From: Chroococcidiopsis sp.
GTDB lineage: Bacteria > Cyanobacteriota > Cyanobacteriia > Cyanobacteriales > Chroococcidiopsidaceae
Reading direction: 5' to 3'
Assembly (NCBI RefSeq): GCF_051657925.1
Contig: NZ_JBOFLP010000155.1
Location: forward strand, 43,954-107,953
Length of the DNA: 64,000 nucleotides
In this document: one piece after another, positions 1 through 10,258 of the stretch
Layout of the letters: every line of letters starts with the position of its first letter
Position numbering within the stretch: the stretch's first letter is position 1
Program-made: the position numbers and the translations under genes
Notes under the pieces: model-generated
Seen by the model: the letters and a program-made list of their open reading frames with translations, nothing else
The model's database searches: none
What the model was told of the DNA's origin: nothing

Positions 1-618
1 GCTAGCTTTGCAAAGTTTCGAGGTGCTTGCTTGGGTGAAGCTTGCCTAGGTTCTACATGTTTTAGTGATGCGGATTTAACGAACGCGGATCTATCTGATT
101 CTATTATGAAGAGATCTGACTTAGAAGATGCAAATCTAACTGATGCTGATTTGACAAACTGCTTCTTAAATTTTGCGGGTATGGATGGTTGTATTTTGGC
201 AAATACCGTACTTACAGGATCATCTCTGGAGTCTGTTAGCTGGGACGGTGTTGATCTTGAACTTGCAGACATGGAGGAAATCAAAGAAGATTTTCTAGAT
301 ATTCTGAGGTACGCGATACCTGAGATTGACTACTTGAAAACAGAGCTTCTAGAAGGAAGAATCGATGGTTTGTCCTACGACGGAAAATGCGCCTGCCTTG
401 TAGGCACAGTCGCGAACGCCAGAGAAGTAAATTATAGACAAATGAAAGGAATAGACGCAGACTCCAATCGACCAGCGGAGAAGTTGTTTACCGCTATTGC
501 TATAGGCGACACCCCCGACACGAATCCGGTTAGCGCTTTGGTTGTTCAATGGATAGATGAGTTCGTGTCCACTCTTCCAGTAGAAACAGCTAATATTTCA
601 GGAGTTGCGGATGATTAG
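1..618 (+). CDS. Pentapeptide-repeat protein with conserved C-terminal domain (5' partial)
   Basis: A(D/N)Lxx pentapeptide repeats followed by GRIDGxxYxGxCACLVGT...RPAEKLF domain; frame is open from position 1. Confidence 0.85.
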   Translation, partial: ASFAKFRGACLGEACLGSTCFSDADLTNADLSDSIMKRSDLEDANLTDADLTNCFLNFAGMDGCILANTVLTGSSLESVSWDGVDLELADMEEIKEDFLDILRYAIPEIDYLKTELLEGRIDGLSYDGKCACLVGTVANAREVNYRQMKGIDADSNRPAEKLFTAIAIGDTPDTNPVSALVVQWIDEFVSTLPVETANISGVADD

Positions 619-1690
619 CAAACAGGAGTTAGCGGAGCACCTGCTTTGGTGGGAATCTAGGGACGATGAAGACCCAAAAGGTAAGCAGATAGTCCTCTCA
701 GGAGCGTCTTTGATTGGAGCGGACCTCAGAGGAGCCGATCTTCGAGGAGCGGTACTCACAAATGTAAATTTAAGAGGCGCAAATCTTTCCCGCTCCGATC
801 TTAGTGAGGCTAACTTGTCGGGTGCCTGTCTAGCGTCAGCGATCCTAAACCACGCGGTAATGGAGGCAACTCATCTGAATTTAGCGGACCTTAGAGCCGC
901 TCGAATGCGGGGAGCTTTTCTACGACGCGCATCTCTACAAGGAGCCTGTCTTCGATACGCTTACCTATTTAATGCAGTTCTTGAGTCGGCTAACTGCATC
1001 GAGGCTCAACTCGATCATGCTGTTCTATCTCGATCGGATTTGGAACAGGCGGATTTTAGTCAGGCTAGCCTGAAGAATGTAAGTATGCATAACGCCTTTG
1101 CTCATTCTGCAAGCTTTCAGTCGGCTAGCTTGCGCGGGTCGTCGATGGTTTTTGTTTGTTTTCAGGACGCAAACTTAACAGGTGCGGATGCAAGCCTCAC
1201 TAACATGAAACACGCTATCCTTGAGGGTGCTGTTCTTAACAGCACGAATCTAATAGATAGTTATCTGACTTTTGCAGACCTGTCGGGGTGTGAATTAGAG
1301 GGGGCGATGTTAAGCGGAGCATCGCTAGAAAGAGTCCTGTTTGAAGGGGTTGACTTAGCGACCTCTAACACAGAAGAAATCAAAGAAGATTTTCTAGATA
1401 TCTTGTGCTGCGCCATCCCTGATATCGGATACCTGAAAGCAGCACTTCTAGAAGGGCGGATTGATGGGTCGGTGTATAGCGGATCTTGCGCCTGCCTTGT
1501 AGGTACGATCGCAAATTCTAGAGAGACAAGCTATCAAGAACTATATGAAATCGAAGCGAATGCGGATCGACCAGCGGAGAAGTTGTTTACAGCCATCTCA
1601 AGAGGAGATACGCCGGAGACAAATCCCGTAAGTGCTTTAGTGGTTCAATGGATTGATGAGTTTTTAGAAACTCTCAAACCGAAACCATAA
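611..1690 (+). CDS. Pentapeptide-repeat protein, tandem paralog of upstream gene
   Basis: Long ADLRG/ANLSG repeats; C-terminal domain near-identical to ORF 1-618; ATG at 611 after GGAG. Confidence 0.9.
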   Translation: MISKQELAEHLLWWESRDDEDPKGKQIVLSGASLIGADLRGADLRGAVLTNVNLRGANLSRSDLSEANLSGACLASAILNHAVMEATHLNLADLRAARMRGAFLRRASLQGACLRYAYLFNAVLESANCIEAQLDHAVLSRSDLEQADFSQASLKNVSMHNAFAHSASFQSASLRGSSMVFVCFQDANLTGADASLTNMKHAILEGAVLNSTNLIDSYLTFADLSGCELEGAMLSGASLERVLFEGVDLATSNTEEIKEDFLDILCCAIPDIGYLKAALLEGRIDGSVYSGSCACLVGTIANSRETSYQELYEIEANADRPAEKLFTAISRGDTPETNPVSALVVQWIDEFLETLKPKP

Positions 1691-2231
1691 CTCGACCGAT
1701 CGACGAGAAGGATTGATTGAACCGTTCTAAGCGAGTACCGAAGTAGATAAACACCTGACCTTTGGTATTCGCTTTTCCAATATTCCCGTACTGATCGACA
1801 AACCGCATCCGATGATTTGTAAAGCACATCGGATAGTTATAAGCGTCTTGAAACCACCGCTCCGAGGTTGCGGCGTTACATAGAAAAATCCCTTCCTGAA
1901 ACGCTTCGTCTCGGTAAGACTGAATCATTTTCTGAAGGAACGGCTTGGCTAGTGAAAACGGAGGGTTGCAGAACACCGATCGCGCATCCCAGGCTTGCGA
2001 TAGACCGTCCATTTCCTGGGTATAGTACCGATCGGCTCCTAAAATGCGGTTTGCTTCATAACAAGACGCTGGATCTAACTCGATCCCTTCTAAGCAATTC
2101 TTAACCTTGATTAAATAGGGATCGTAAGGCGTATACCACTCATCCGATCGCTTACTGGCAAAAAACGGATCAGCGTAGACATTGATAGCTAGATTAAGCA
2201 AATCGTCTTCGAACAGAGGTGGATTTAACAC
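1674..2231 (-). CDS. Phage DNA N6-adenine methyltransferase (Dam-like)
   Basis: DEWYTP, LDPAS, DGLSQAW, FCNPPF motifs. Confidence 0.85.
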   Translation of the reverse strand: MLNPPLFEDDLLNLAINVYADPFFASKRSDEWYTPYDPYLIKVKNCLEGIELDPASCYEANRILGADRYYTQEMDGLSQAWDARSVFCNPPFSLAKPFLQKMIQSYRDEAFQEGIFLCNAATSERWFQDAYNYPMCFTNHRMRFVDQYGNIGKANTKGQVFIYFGTRLERFNQSFSSIGRVMVSV

Positions 2232-2234
2232 GAA

Positions 2235-2756
2235 TCAGTGGATTGACTTTGGATCGGCTGGAGTTGAATCAAAAAACGTGATAAACGGAGCAGGGTTTAC
2301 GGCTTGCCATCTCCCTGCTTTTTGGATTTGATACTCAAAATGAAGATGCGGTCCGGTCGAGAGTCCGGTTGATCCAACAAGTCCGATGAGTTGGCTTTGG
2401 GTCACTTTGTCTCCCACCTTAACTAGCACCTTGGATTGGTGAGCGTATAGCGTCCTGTACCGACCCGAACAGACAATCACCGTGTTCCCGTAGCTCCCGT
2501 ACCATCCTGCAACCACAACGTCCCCTTCATGAGCAGAGGCAATGGCAGATCCCTCTGGGACCGCTAAATCAACGCCCCAGTGAGGGGCGCATCGACCCAG
2601 AGAATAAATACATCTTCGAGGTGAAAAGTCAGAGGATATATACCCTGGACTTGTGACAGGAGATACCATCGCAGGAGCGTCTAGTTCTGCTACTGTCGTT
2701 GGAGAGAAAGACAGGAAGTAGATAGACGCTAGTAATGGATTGATGGATTTTTTCAT
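2235..2756 (-). CDS. M23 family metallopeptidase (possible endolysin)
   Basis: HWGVD, YGN, YAH, STGPHLHFE motifs; N-terminal signal-like segment. Confidence 0.9.
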   Translation of the reverse strand: MKKSINPLLASIYFLSFSPTTVAELDAPAMVSPVTSPGYISSDFSPRRCIYSLGRCAPHWGVDLAVPEGSAIASAHEGDVVVAGWYGSYGNTVIVCSGRYRTLYAHQSKVLVKVGDKVTQSQLIGLVGSTGLSTGPHLHFEYQIQKAGRWQAVNPAPFITFFDSTPADPKSIH

Positions 2757-2799
2757 ATTTTCAGTATACGAGCAATCCTTTTGGAGCCGATCGGACTAC

Positions 2800-3153
2800 T
2801 TATTCAGAAGGAGGATCTAGATCGCTAAAGTCCGACAAATCAATTCCATCAAGCTCAGCGTCCTCTTGAGGAGGTACGTGTTTCGGGACTGTGTTACGGG
2901 CAGGAGGATCGGTAGAGACCGGAGCATCCGACACGAGCTTGGATAGTGCAAGTTCCAATACCGCGATTCTTTTCTTCAAGGGGGTCTCCTGCTTTTTTAG
3001 CGTTTGAATTCCCTCTAGCATCGATCGAAGCTTTTCAAGCTCGATCGTTAGAACAGACTCAACGGTTTCTGCGGATGCCTTCAATCGTTCGATCGTAGTA
3101 ATCGGAGCGATCGGGGTGGGTTCTGGCACTGTTTTTCGGGTATATTTTCTCAT
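2800..3153 (-). CDS. Hypothetical coiled-coil protein with acidic tail
   Basis: ORF packed in leftward operon, ATGA overlap with upstream gene. Confidence 0.6.
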   Translation of the reverse strand: MRKYTRKTVPEPTPIAPITTIERLKASAETVESVLTIELEKLRSMLEGIQTLKKQETPLKKRIAVLELALSKLVSDAPVSTDPPARNTVPKHVPPQEDAELDGIDLSDFSDLDPPSE

Positions 3154-3677
3154 CGTGAAAAGGCTCTAACAATTTGCATGTTGCTCCATTCTGGAGAAAC
3201 TTCAGAAGAATCAGACAGCCATCCCCAGTCTTCTAAGTATTCTTCTTCTAGATTCTCTTCAGAATCGTAGTGACTAAAATCGATCGCACCATACCCCGTC
3301 TTAAAATCAAACCCGCAATAAAACACGTCAAGATCTTCGGGTTGAGGAAAGACCACCGAGTTCAAGAGGATCGCCGCATGTACGTCTAGTCCTAGCGTCT
3401 GACGAAGCGTTGCGAAGGTCGGGGTTTGGATTAAGTCCGCTGCAAGATTGAAATCGACATAGGACGTTGTTAGAAACAGCGCAACATTTCGGTTGTACCA
3501 TCGGAGCTGCGTACTGATAAACACGGTTTCAGTCCAGGTGTCATCTTTCGACAAGTCCCAGCCTCTAGGCTGAAGCTGATCGACCACTTCCGGCATCTTT
3601 GAGACGGACCACCGCATGATCCGTTCGACATTAATAGGGTGGATAACGATTGAAGAGTAATTTAGGCGACGAACCAT
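3150..3677 (-). CDS. Hypothetical protein
   Basis: 175-aa ORF in tightly packed operon. Confidence 0.6.
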   Translation of the reverse strand: MVRRLNYSSIVIHPINVERIMRWSVSKMPEVVDQLQPRGWDLSKDDTWTETVFISTQLRWYNRNVALFLTTSYVDFNLAADLIQTPTFATLRQTLGLDVHAAILLNSVVFPQPEDLDVFYCGFDFKTGYGAIDFSHYDSEENLEEEYLEDWGWLSDSSEVSPEWSNMQIVRAFSR

Positions 3678-3709
3678 TCGTTCGAAGCGATCGACAACAG
3701 TAGCGATAA

Positions 3710-3985
3710 CTATCCCTCCTCGTCTAATTCATCGAACGTTTCATCTAGCTCATCTAGATTAAACGTATAAACATCCATCTCCTCAGACGATCCAGCAAAG
3801 TCGGACTGAAGTGCGTGGAGGACAATATCCCCGGAGCGGATCATTAATTGAGTCACCGAAACCACGACTTGATCGAGTTGATCGGAGTCATAGTCTGGAC
3901 AATTATCCAAGGCAGTTGCGAATTTAGCGAAATTGTCGAGGTGTACCCCGACGATTTCAATAACACGTTTAAGATCGGTAGGCAT
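3710..3985 (-). CDS. Hypothetical acidic protein
   Basis: ORF in operon. Confidence 0.55.
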   Translation of the reverse strand: MPTDLKRVIEIVGVHLDNFAKFATALDNCPDYDSDQLDQVVVSVTQLMIRSGDIVLHALQSDFAGSSEEMDVYTFNLDELDETFDELDEEG

Positions 3986-4243
3986 TTTCTATAGTAGTTC
4001 TATCTAGGAAACTCGTAACTCTCTATCTCCTCCCTAGAAAACTCGATAATCCGACCTGCGGTTCCGGTGACGTGACGGATCGTTTCGCTCAGTAGCTCGG
4101 CTTCTTGCAGCGTGAAGGTGTAGCCGCAAATCTTTATTATCGGGGTAACTTGAGCGACATAGAAAACGCGAGTGAATCTCGGTGTCTTCATACGCTTATA
4201 GTACCCCGATAATACCGAAAAGATGCTCCGTGTAAAAACGGAA

Positions 4244-4966
4244 CTATGCAGTGTAGTAAGGGAGGGACTTATTATCCCGTTCAAAAAAGGCGGGAAGCTG
4301 GTAGCTTTTTGTGAAATCCAGTTCCTGCGTAATTCCTTTTCGCATCAATTCGTCTGACGCTTTTTGAAACGAAGCGGCAGAAAACCCAGGCACCTTGAAA
4401 CGCTCTAAAAACCACGCAACCGTGTCTTGACGAAGACGATCCAAGGAGGCAGAAGGACGACGACCGATCAATTTTGCCGTATGCCGATGGGTCTGAACAT
4501 GAATTCTCTCGTCAGACGAGATATCGACAGACGTAACTCGAAGCGACGGTCCACCGAACTGTCGATAAATCGGCAGAATTACAAAAAACACTCCGTTTTC
4601 TAAGGTGGCAACTTTCGTTGCCCAGTGATCCGGGTGATCCATCCAGCGCTGTGCGATCGCATTTGCCTCTTCTTCATAGCTTGAATCATAGTTAGAAAAT
4701 ACCGCTGTGCAGTTTGCAAGTGCAGTGTCGTGCCGCTCCTCGTCTTGAGTGTTCCGGAGCAGCGTTTCGATCGCTTCTTCAGTCAGAAGCGCCTTTTCAG
4801 TTCTCTCTAAACCATCTAAGATCAACGTCTTTACGGGAAGCTCTAACACTCTCAGCGCTAGACAGCGAGAAAGAGTATCTTCAGCCCCATTCGTGCAAGA
4901 TTCAAGGCGAGTCGGAGAAACTGGCTTCCATTCCTTTCGAGCCAGATTCGCTTTTTGATAGACGGT
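4244..4966 (-). CDS. nrdB: Ribonucleotide reductase beta-like ferritin-fold subunit (cyanophage/class O type)
   Basis: LELPV, DEERH, LENGVFFVILP, DISSDERIH di-metal motifs; directly downstream of RNR alpha; likely start MTVYQK at 4966. Confidence 0.8.
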   Translation of the reverse strand, partial: TVYQKANLARKEWKPVSPTRLESCTNGAEDTLSRCLALRVLELPVKTLILDGLERTEKALLTEEAIETLLRNTQDEERHDTALANCTAVFSNYDSSYEEEANAIAQRWMDHPDHWATKVATLENGVFFVILPIYRQFGGPSLRVTSVDISSDERIHVQTHRHTAKLIGRRPSASLDRLRQDTVAWFLERFKVPGFSAASFQKASDELMRKGITQELDFTKSYQLPAFFERDNKSLPYYTA

Positions 4967-5078
4967 CATAACTATAGATTTTATTACTCTCCCCATTATA
5001 GCGAGAGGGGTAGAGTCTGTTACATTGACTCTACCCCTCTCTATCGAAATCACAGGTTTAACCTACATCTCTAGGCTA

Positions 5079-6593
5079 TTACTCCGCGCAAGCTGTGCAG
5101 ACGTTCTTCTCTTTGTACGGATCGCTTGGCTCAGCATCCGGTTGAACCGTAAAGAAACCGTCCGAGTCCTCTTCACCAATCGACGACTTATCGACATAAC
5201 TCTGCTCGATCATGAGTCGATAGTACGTCGTCACTAGCGGAGACATCAGCCAGTCCTGGAACCAGGCTTCGTCTACGGGACAGGTATTCCACACGTTATA
5301 CGAAATTGAATGCGCGAGTCCTGTTCTAGCCATCAAGCGCTGCCAGCATTCCGCAAGTTTAGTGTAGGTTTCTACCCCGACTTCTTCTGCGGTTTCCGAG
5401 TGTGGGTGGTACTGATAGTTCAACGCCGCTTCATCGGAATCGCGATCGGTCATCTTGGTCTGAGGGTGACAAACCGGAGGAGAAATCTCAGGAGCGCAGG
5501 TATATCCGTCGAGATCCTGGTAGCGGTAAGAAGCGGAAGCGGTCGGCGCGATCGTGAACGCACGTTTCATCCGATGCTTCCGGGCGACTCGCGCCGCTGC
5601 TTTGTAGGCTCTAACCAACGTTCGTGCAAGCTTGATGGTTCGACGAGTATACGTCCGAGTTGGGATGTCCTGATTCGTTGTGAGGTAATGCAGCACGTTA
5701 GCAAGGCTAGCATACGGGATATCGTATCGAGCTAGCAGATTCGCGAGTCCAAATACGCCTAAACCAACTTGCTTATCGACGCGAGGAGAGAGATAGTAGT
5801 TATCATCTCCGGCACCTGTAATTGGATGCAGATCGCACAGAAACTGCATCGTTGTTTCAAACGCTTCGACCAGATTTTCGATCGTGCATTGACCCAGGTT
5901 AACGTGGGACAGTAGACACGTCCCACGACTCTCAACCAAGATCTCCATGCAGACGTTGGAGTAGAGTCGCCGATCGGTTTCATAGTTCACGGACTGTTTG
6001 GAAACGCTATCATACCAACGCTTCTTAGCCAACCAGACCGTTCCAGAGCGAACTGCATCCAGTAGTTTTGCAACAACTCCTGGATAGTTCATAATGAACG
6101 TTGGAGACGAAGGGTTGTCGTCCACATACACCGCTTTCTTGCTCCATCCGCCGATATCAGCGGTCAGGAACTCCTCGATGTCGGGATGCGTTGCATCCAG
6201 GTACACGGTTACAGCACCGTTCTTGAACTTCCCGCCTCGACGCAGAATGTCATTCTCGGTTGAGTAGGCAGACGCAAACGAGACTGGACCGCTTGCGACA
6301 AGTCCTTGACCGTTATCCGCTCCTTTTTCGCGCAGCTTGGAAAGATCGATCGCAACCCCAGCTCCGTATCGAAGAGATTTAGACGCATACAGCCAGCTAT
6401 ATTCAATACCGTAGGGTCCCTCCATCGAATCTTCGACCGATAGCGCTGTACAGGACACAGGGTAGCGAGAGTTAGAGTCATGGAGCCAGTCGGAAACGCG
6501 ACCTGTAACTCCAATATACGGATGCTGATGCATCCGGTTGAGCAAATCGAACTTCCGAGAAGGAACGTCCAACAGCGCAGTCTTATGAGTCAT
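5079..6593 (-). CDS. nrdA: Ribonucleotide reductase alpha subunit, compact cyanophage (P-SSP7/P60-like, class O) type
   Basis: PVSC, LRRGGKFKNGA, NVCME finger loop, SRGTCLL, FTIAPTAS, YY, C-terminal CTAC; no ATP cone. Confidence 0.9.
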   Translation of the reverse strand: MTHKTALLDVPSRKFDLLNRMHQHPYIGVTGRVSDWLHDSNSRYPVSCTALSVEDSMEGPYGIEYSWLYASKSLRYGAGVAIDLSKLREKGADNGQGLVASGPVSFASAYSTENDILRRGGKFKNGAVTVYLDATHPDIEEFLTADIGGWSKKAVYVDDNPSSPTFIMNYPGVVAKLLDAVRSGTVWLAKKRWYDSVSKQSVNYETDRRLYSNVCMEILVESRGTCLLSHVNLGQCTIENLVEAFETTMQFLCDLHPITGAGDDNYYLSPRVDKQVGLGVFGLANLLARYDIPYASLANVLHYLTTNQDIPTRTYTRRTIKLARTLVRAYKAAARVARKHRMKRAFTIAPTASASYRYQDLDGYTCAPEISPPVCHPQTKMTDRDSDEAALNYQYHPHSETAEEVGVETYTKLAECWQRLMARTGLAHSISYNVWNTCPVDEAWFQDWLMSPLVTTYYRLMIEQSYVDKSSIGEEDSDGFFTVQPDAEPSDPYKEKNVCTACAE

Positions 6594-6858
6594 AAATAGT
6601 CCTTAAAGATTTACATCAGGGGTCAGATTCTCAAACCACTGGGACACGACGGATAATAGCTTTTCAATATCTACACCTGCTTTTACGTCGATCGTCACTC
6701 GGTTGTCTGGACGAAGTGAGACAAACAGAGGTAGTACCGACGCATTAACTTTTAGTCTTGAGTACTTAAAAGTTAATTTAGTGATCATGGGAATATGTTT
6801 AGCTATTACAAGCTTAACACATCGTATTGATATACTAAAATTACTATAGATAACACCT

Positions 6859-7182
6859 ATGAAACTATTATCTCGTTCCCCGATCAGTATCTTTGGGTTT
6901 GAAGCGATTAAGAAAGTCGGCGGCAGTGCGTTAGGAGCGATGAACGGACTCGGAACCGCCTCGATGATTGCAGGATTAGTAATCCCCGATGCAACAACGC
7001 GATCGCAGGCAAAACTTCAAGAAGATGAGCGCAAGAAGCTGGCAATGCTCAATAAAAACCCGGAACTATTAAAAGGGTTAAATAACTTGAGAAACACAGC
7101 TCCTGCTCCCGGAAGTTTCACCTCAAATCCTCGACCGAACGTTAATCAACCTCCTGCATTTCCTCCAGGGTCGTTGCGGTAG
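6859..7182 (+). CDS. Hypothetical Gly-rich protein, opposite strand to the surrounding operon
   Basis: ATG ORF with upstream TATACT; hydrophobic Gly-rich segment. Confidence 0.55.
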   Translation: MKLLSRSPISIFGFEAIKKVGGSALGAMNGLGTASMIAGLVIPDATTRSQAKLQEDERKKLAMLNKNPELLKGLNNLRNTAPAPGSFTSNPRPNVNQPPAFPPGSLR

Positions 7183-7837
7183 GGTTATCGTCACGCGCTT
7201 GCGTTCCTTGGATAAACGCAAGCCGCTGAGCTTCAACGATCCGGTTCACCAAGCTAATCGTGAACAATGGATCGTTGATTTGACCTGTTGACGCAACCGC
7301 ATTGACTTGTTCGAGAAGGTTTGACGCGAACGACTTGAACCCATCTTCAAACGTAGAAGGCATAGAAATTGCTAGGTTAGGGGTAGAAAATACCCCACTA
7401 TCCGCCAGCTTGTTAGCGGTAAGCTCGGAGTACCGAAAGACAAACAGAACTCCGTTTGCTGCTTCGTAAATCGGGTAGTTGTCCAAATCGACAACATTTT
7501 TCAACTTACGGGCGCGGATGGTGGCTTGTCTGGAATAGACAATCCGGGTTCCGTGTAGTTCGATTTGCTTAGACTGAGACAAGATCGGAAGGTTTAAGGG
7601 ACCGTGAATTAATAGCTCTCCGCCATAAGGCGTCACAAACACAATGTCTTGATAGAGACTTAGATTTCCCCACCGCTTCCACTGATCGATTCGTCGTCCC
7701 AGATCGTATAGATCCTTTAATCGAAGATGAGCAGGAACAGGATTTGGGGATGTAGTTCGATCGCGACCAAATAAAAACCGCACAATAGCACCTACTAACA
7801 CACCGAAACCGATAACACCCATGCAACTATCCTCCAT
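7142..7837 (-). CDS. Hypothetical protein with N-terminal TM helix
   Basis: 231-aa ORF abutting the polymerase stop. Confidence 0.6.
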   Translation of the reverse strand: MEDSCMGVIGFGVLVGAIVRFLFGRDRTTSPNPVPAHLRLKDLYDLGRRIDQWKRWGNLSLYQDIVFVTPYGGELLIHGPLNLPILSQSKQIELHGTRIVYSRQATIRARKLKNVVDLDNYPIYEAANGVLFVFRYSELTANKLADSGVFSTPNLAISMPSTFEDGFKSFASNLLEQVNAVASTGQINDPLFTISLVNRIVEAQRLAFIQGTQARDDNPTATTLEEMQEVD

Positions 7838-7838
7838 T

Positions 7839-9731
7839 CTAGTCCTTCTCGCCTAAATGGTTCATTATTTTTGCCTCGCACGTTACGGGGCAAATCTTCA
7901 GCACTTCTTGTCCCGCTTCGATCATGCTTCGCTCCAGCAGCGCAGCCGTATAGTCCGCTAACTCTGCCGTGCATTCACAAATTAATTCGTCATGAATTGT
8001 CAATAGCAACCGCACATCATGAGACTGAAGCGGAGAGAACCCGTCGTCATACAGCCGCTGGTAAAGTACCGACATCGCAGATTTTGTAATGTCTCCGCTC
8101 GTTCCCTGGATCGGAGCATTCGCTAACGCTGGAATGCCTGGGTACGTGTGCCATCGACGCCGACGACGGTACGGCTCTAATGTTCTGGTTTCTCGCGTCG
8201 ATCGCGGCTCAAACCGTGCGTGATAGTTGCTGAGTTCTTTATACAGCTCAAAATACTTAGCTCGATTCTGCTTAGCTTCCGCAAGCGTCATGGACACTTT
8301 GTACTGTTGCTTTGCATAGAGTCTAAAACTCGCTGCTTGCATGGCGTAGTTATATCCCAGTCGAACCGCTTTTGACTTTTGCCGACGACTTTTGTACTCT
8401 AGTTTATCCAGAGCGCAGAACTCTTCGTAAGTCATTCCGCTGAGATACGCAGCCGTGTTTGCGTAGGGATCTTGATCCGATAGGAACTCTTCTAGCATGA
8501 CCGGATCGTTCGCAACTTCTGCAATCACCCGAAGCTCGATCTGAGAGTAGTCCGCACCCACAAATACGTTTCCGTCTTCTGGGATAAAACACGATCGCAC
8601 CGAAGTATCGTCTGCGCTGTTGGCGCGAGGCATTTGCTGAAGATTCGGACCGGAGCTGCTAAACCGTCCTGTTGAAACACACTGTCGAAAGTGGGTATGG
8701 ATGCGGTTGGTGACCGCATTGATTTTATCGGGAAGTGTTTTGAAATACGAGGATAACAGCTTGGTTGCTTTTCGGTGATCGCTTAGCGTTTCTAGGATAG
8801 GGTAGTCGTTCCAGTCCAGCAGCGTGATCATATCTTTCCCAGTGGAGGGAATCAGCTGCGATCGCAGCTTCTCGTCTCGGCTATCTGGATCGTATTGAGG
8901 GTTTGGAATTTCCAGGGACTGAAGTGTTTTTAGAACCTGGTCCGAAGAGGTCATGGAAAACCCAGAATCCAGAACCTCGCCAAACAAGTTTTTGCGCTCG
9001 TATCGATCGGGAACCGATTCGATAAAAGACTCCTCGCAGGCTTTCACCTTCTGTTCGTGAATCGGACGGATTGAGTTTAACTTCTCAACGTCTAATCTAA
9101 CGCCATACCACTCCATACACGCTGTTGGGAACAGCGTTCTCATCTCCAGTTGAAAAACGGACTGAAGCTGCTCTGCATTCAGTCGCACATTTAATCGACG
9201 AGCTAGCTCAATCAGGATCGCCGCATCTTTGGCAGAATATGCAATCTGAGATTCCGATAGAACAGGTGCAGACCAGTCTGATTTCTGATCGCTCTTATCA
9301 ATCACCGTTCCAAGTTCCACGAGCGCAATGTGCTCCAATCCCGCCAGATCATCTAGACCTGCCTCTAGAACTGTATAGGCTAACATCGTATCGAAGATTC
9401 TCGATCGATCTAGCCCAACTCCGTGCGACCACAGCATTTTAATATCGAACACTGCGTTATGGAGGACATAAGTAGACTGAACGGTTTGAGGAAGCAGCAC
9501 GTTTTGGATAAGCTGGGTGGCTTCCGGCACCGCAAAACAATCGATCACAAACACTTCGATATGGGTTCCGCGTTCATACGCGAACTGAATTAGTCGAATT
9601 TTGGATGTGTGGGGATCGAGTCCTGTTGTCTCCGTATCGGTCCCGATGTATTCAGGACGATCGTGAACTAGATACTCGATCGCTTTTCGAACGTTCGACA
9701 GTGTTACGAGATAGTGGGCGTTAAACTGCAT
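7839..9731 (-). CDS. polA: Family A DNA polymerase with 3'-5' exonuclease domain
   Basis: DTETTGL, HNAVFD, YSAKD exo motifs; TGRFSS, motif A DYSQIELR, motif B RQKSKAVRLGYNY, motif C IHDE. Confidence 0.97.
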   Translation of the reverse strand: MQFNAHYLVTLSNVRKAIEYLVHDRPEYIGTDTETTGLDPHTSKIRLIQFAYERGTHIEVFVIDCFAVPEATQLIQNVLLPQTVQSTYVLHNAVFDIKMLWSHGVGLDRSRIFDTMLAYTVLEAGLDDLAGLEHIALVELGTVIDKSDQKSDWSAPVLSESQIAYSAKDAAILIELARRLNVRLNAEQLQSVFQLEMRTLFPTACMEWYGVRLDVEKLNSIRPIHEQKVKACEESFIESVPDRYERKNLFGEVLDSGFSMTSSDQVLKTLQSLEIPNPQYDPDSRDEKLRSQLIPSTGKDMITLLDWNDYPILETLSDHRKATKLLSSYFKTLPDKINAVTNRIHTHFRQCVSTGRFSSSGPNLQQMPRANSADDTSVRSCFIPEDGNVFVGADYSQIELRVIAEVANDPVMLEEFLSDQDPYANTAAYLSGMTYEEFCALDKLEYKSRRQKSKAVRLGYNYAMQAASFRLYAKQQYKVSMTLAEAKQNRAKYFELYKELSNYHARFEPRSTRETRTLEPYRRRRRWHTYPGIPALANAPIQGTSGDITKSAMSVLYQRLYDDGFSPLQSHDVRLLLTIHDELICECTAELADYTAALLERSMIEAGQEVLKICPVTCEAKIMNHLGEKD

Positions 9732-10258
9732 GGCTTGGACACGGAAAACCGTTTCAAGTTGAGATAGCGATTTCGAATGTCTCTTGCCTCTTCCAGTAGA
9801 TGCGATTTTCGGGAGTATTCAGGCTCTGCGATCGACGCATCAGACTGGTCGATCACAAACTGTCGAATCGACGCAATATCTACCGCATACCGAGGAAAAT
9901 GATGAGGAGTGTTGTACGACCCTCCAAATATCTTCAAGACCGAGGACCAGGCTTCTGAGCATTGATGTCCGATAAAGACCGGAAATTCATCGACTCCCAC
10001 AAACCGAATCAGTGCAGGTCCGATCGCACCATGAGGCATCCAGCAAGGATTGGGAGCGGTGTACTCGGTCTTTCCGACCAGGAATGAATCATGCTCTAAC
10101 GGAAGTCGCTGAAGCAAATCTAAGTTTGCTTTGCAGAGTTTCTGTCGATCGAGACTGCGATTAATGCAGAGTAGATATTCTCGATCTTCTCTAGCAACCG
10201 CGATCGCAACGAGTTCCCCGGTCATGTCGGACGTAATTGCAGAAAAATAGTAGTTCAT
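9704..10258 (-). CDS. Degenerate 3'-5' exoribonuclease-like (Rv2179c/DEDD-like) protein
   Basis: ELVAIAVARED..Y, P..FP.YAVDI, HLLEEAR pattern; catalytic acidic residues look altered. Confidence 0.5.
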   Translation of the reverse strand: MNYYFSAITSDMTGELVAIAVAREDREYLLCINRSLDRQKLCKANLDLLQRLPLEHDSFLVGKTEYTAPNPCWMPHGAIGPALIRFVGVDEFPVFIGHQCSEAWSSVLKIFGGSYNTPHHFPRYAVDIASIRQFVIDQSDASIAEPEYSRKSHLLEEARDIRNRYLNLKRFSVSKPCSLTPTIS

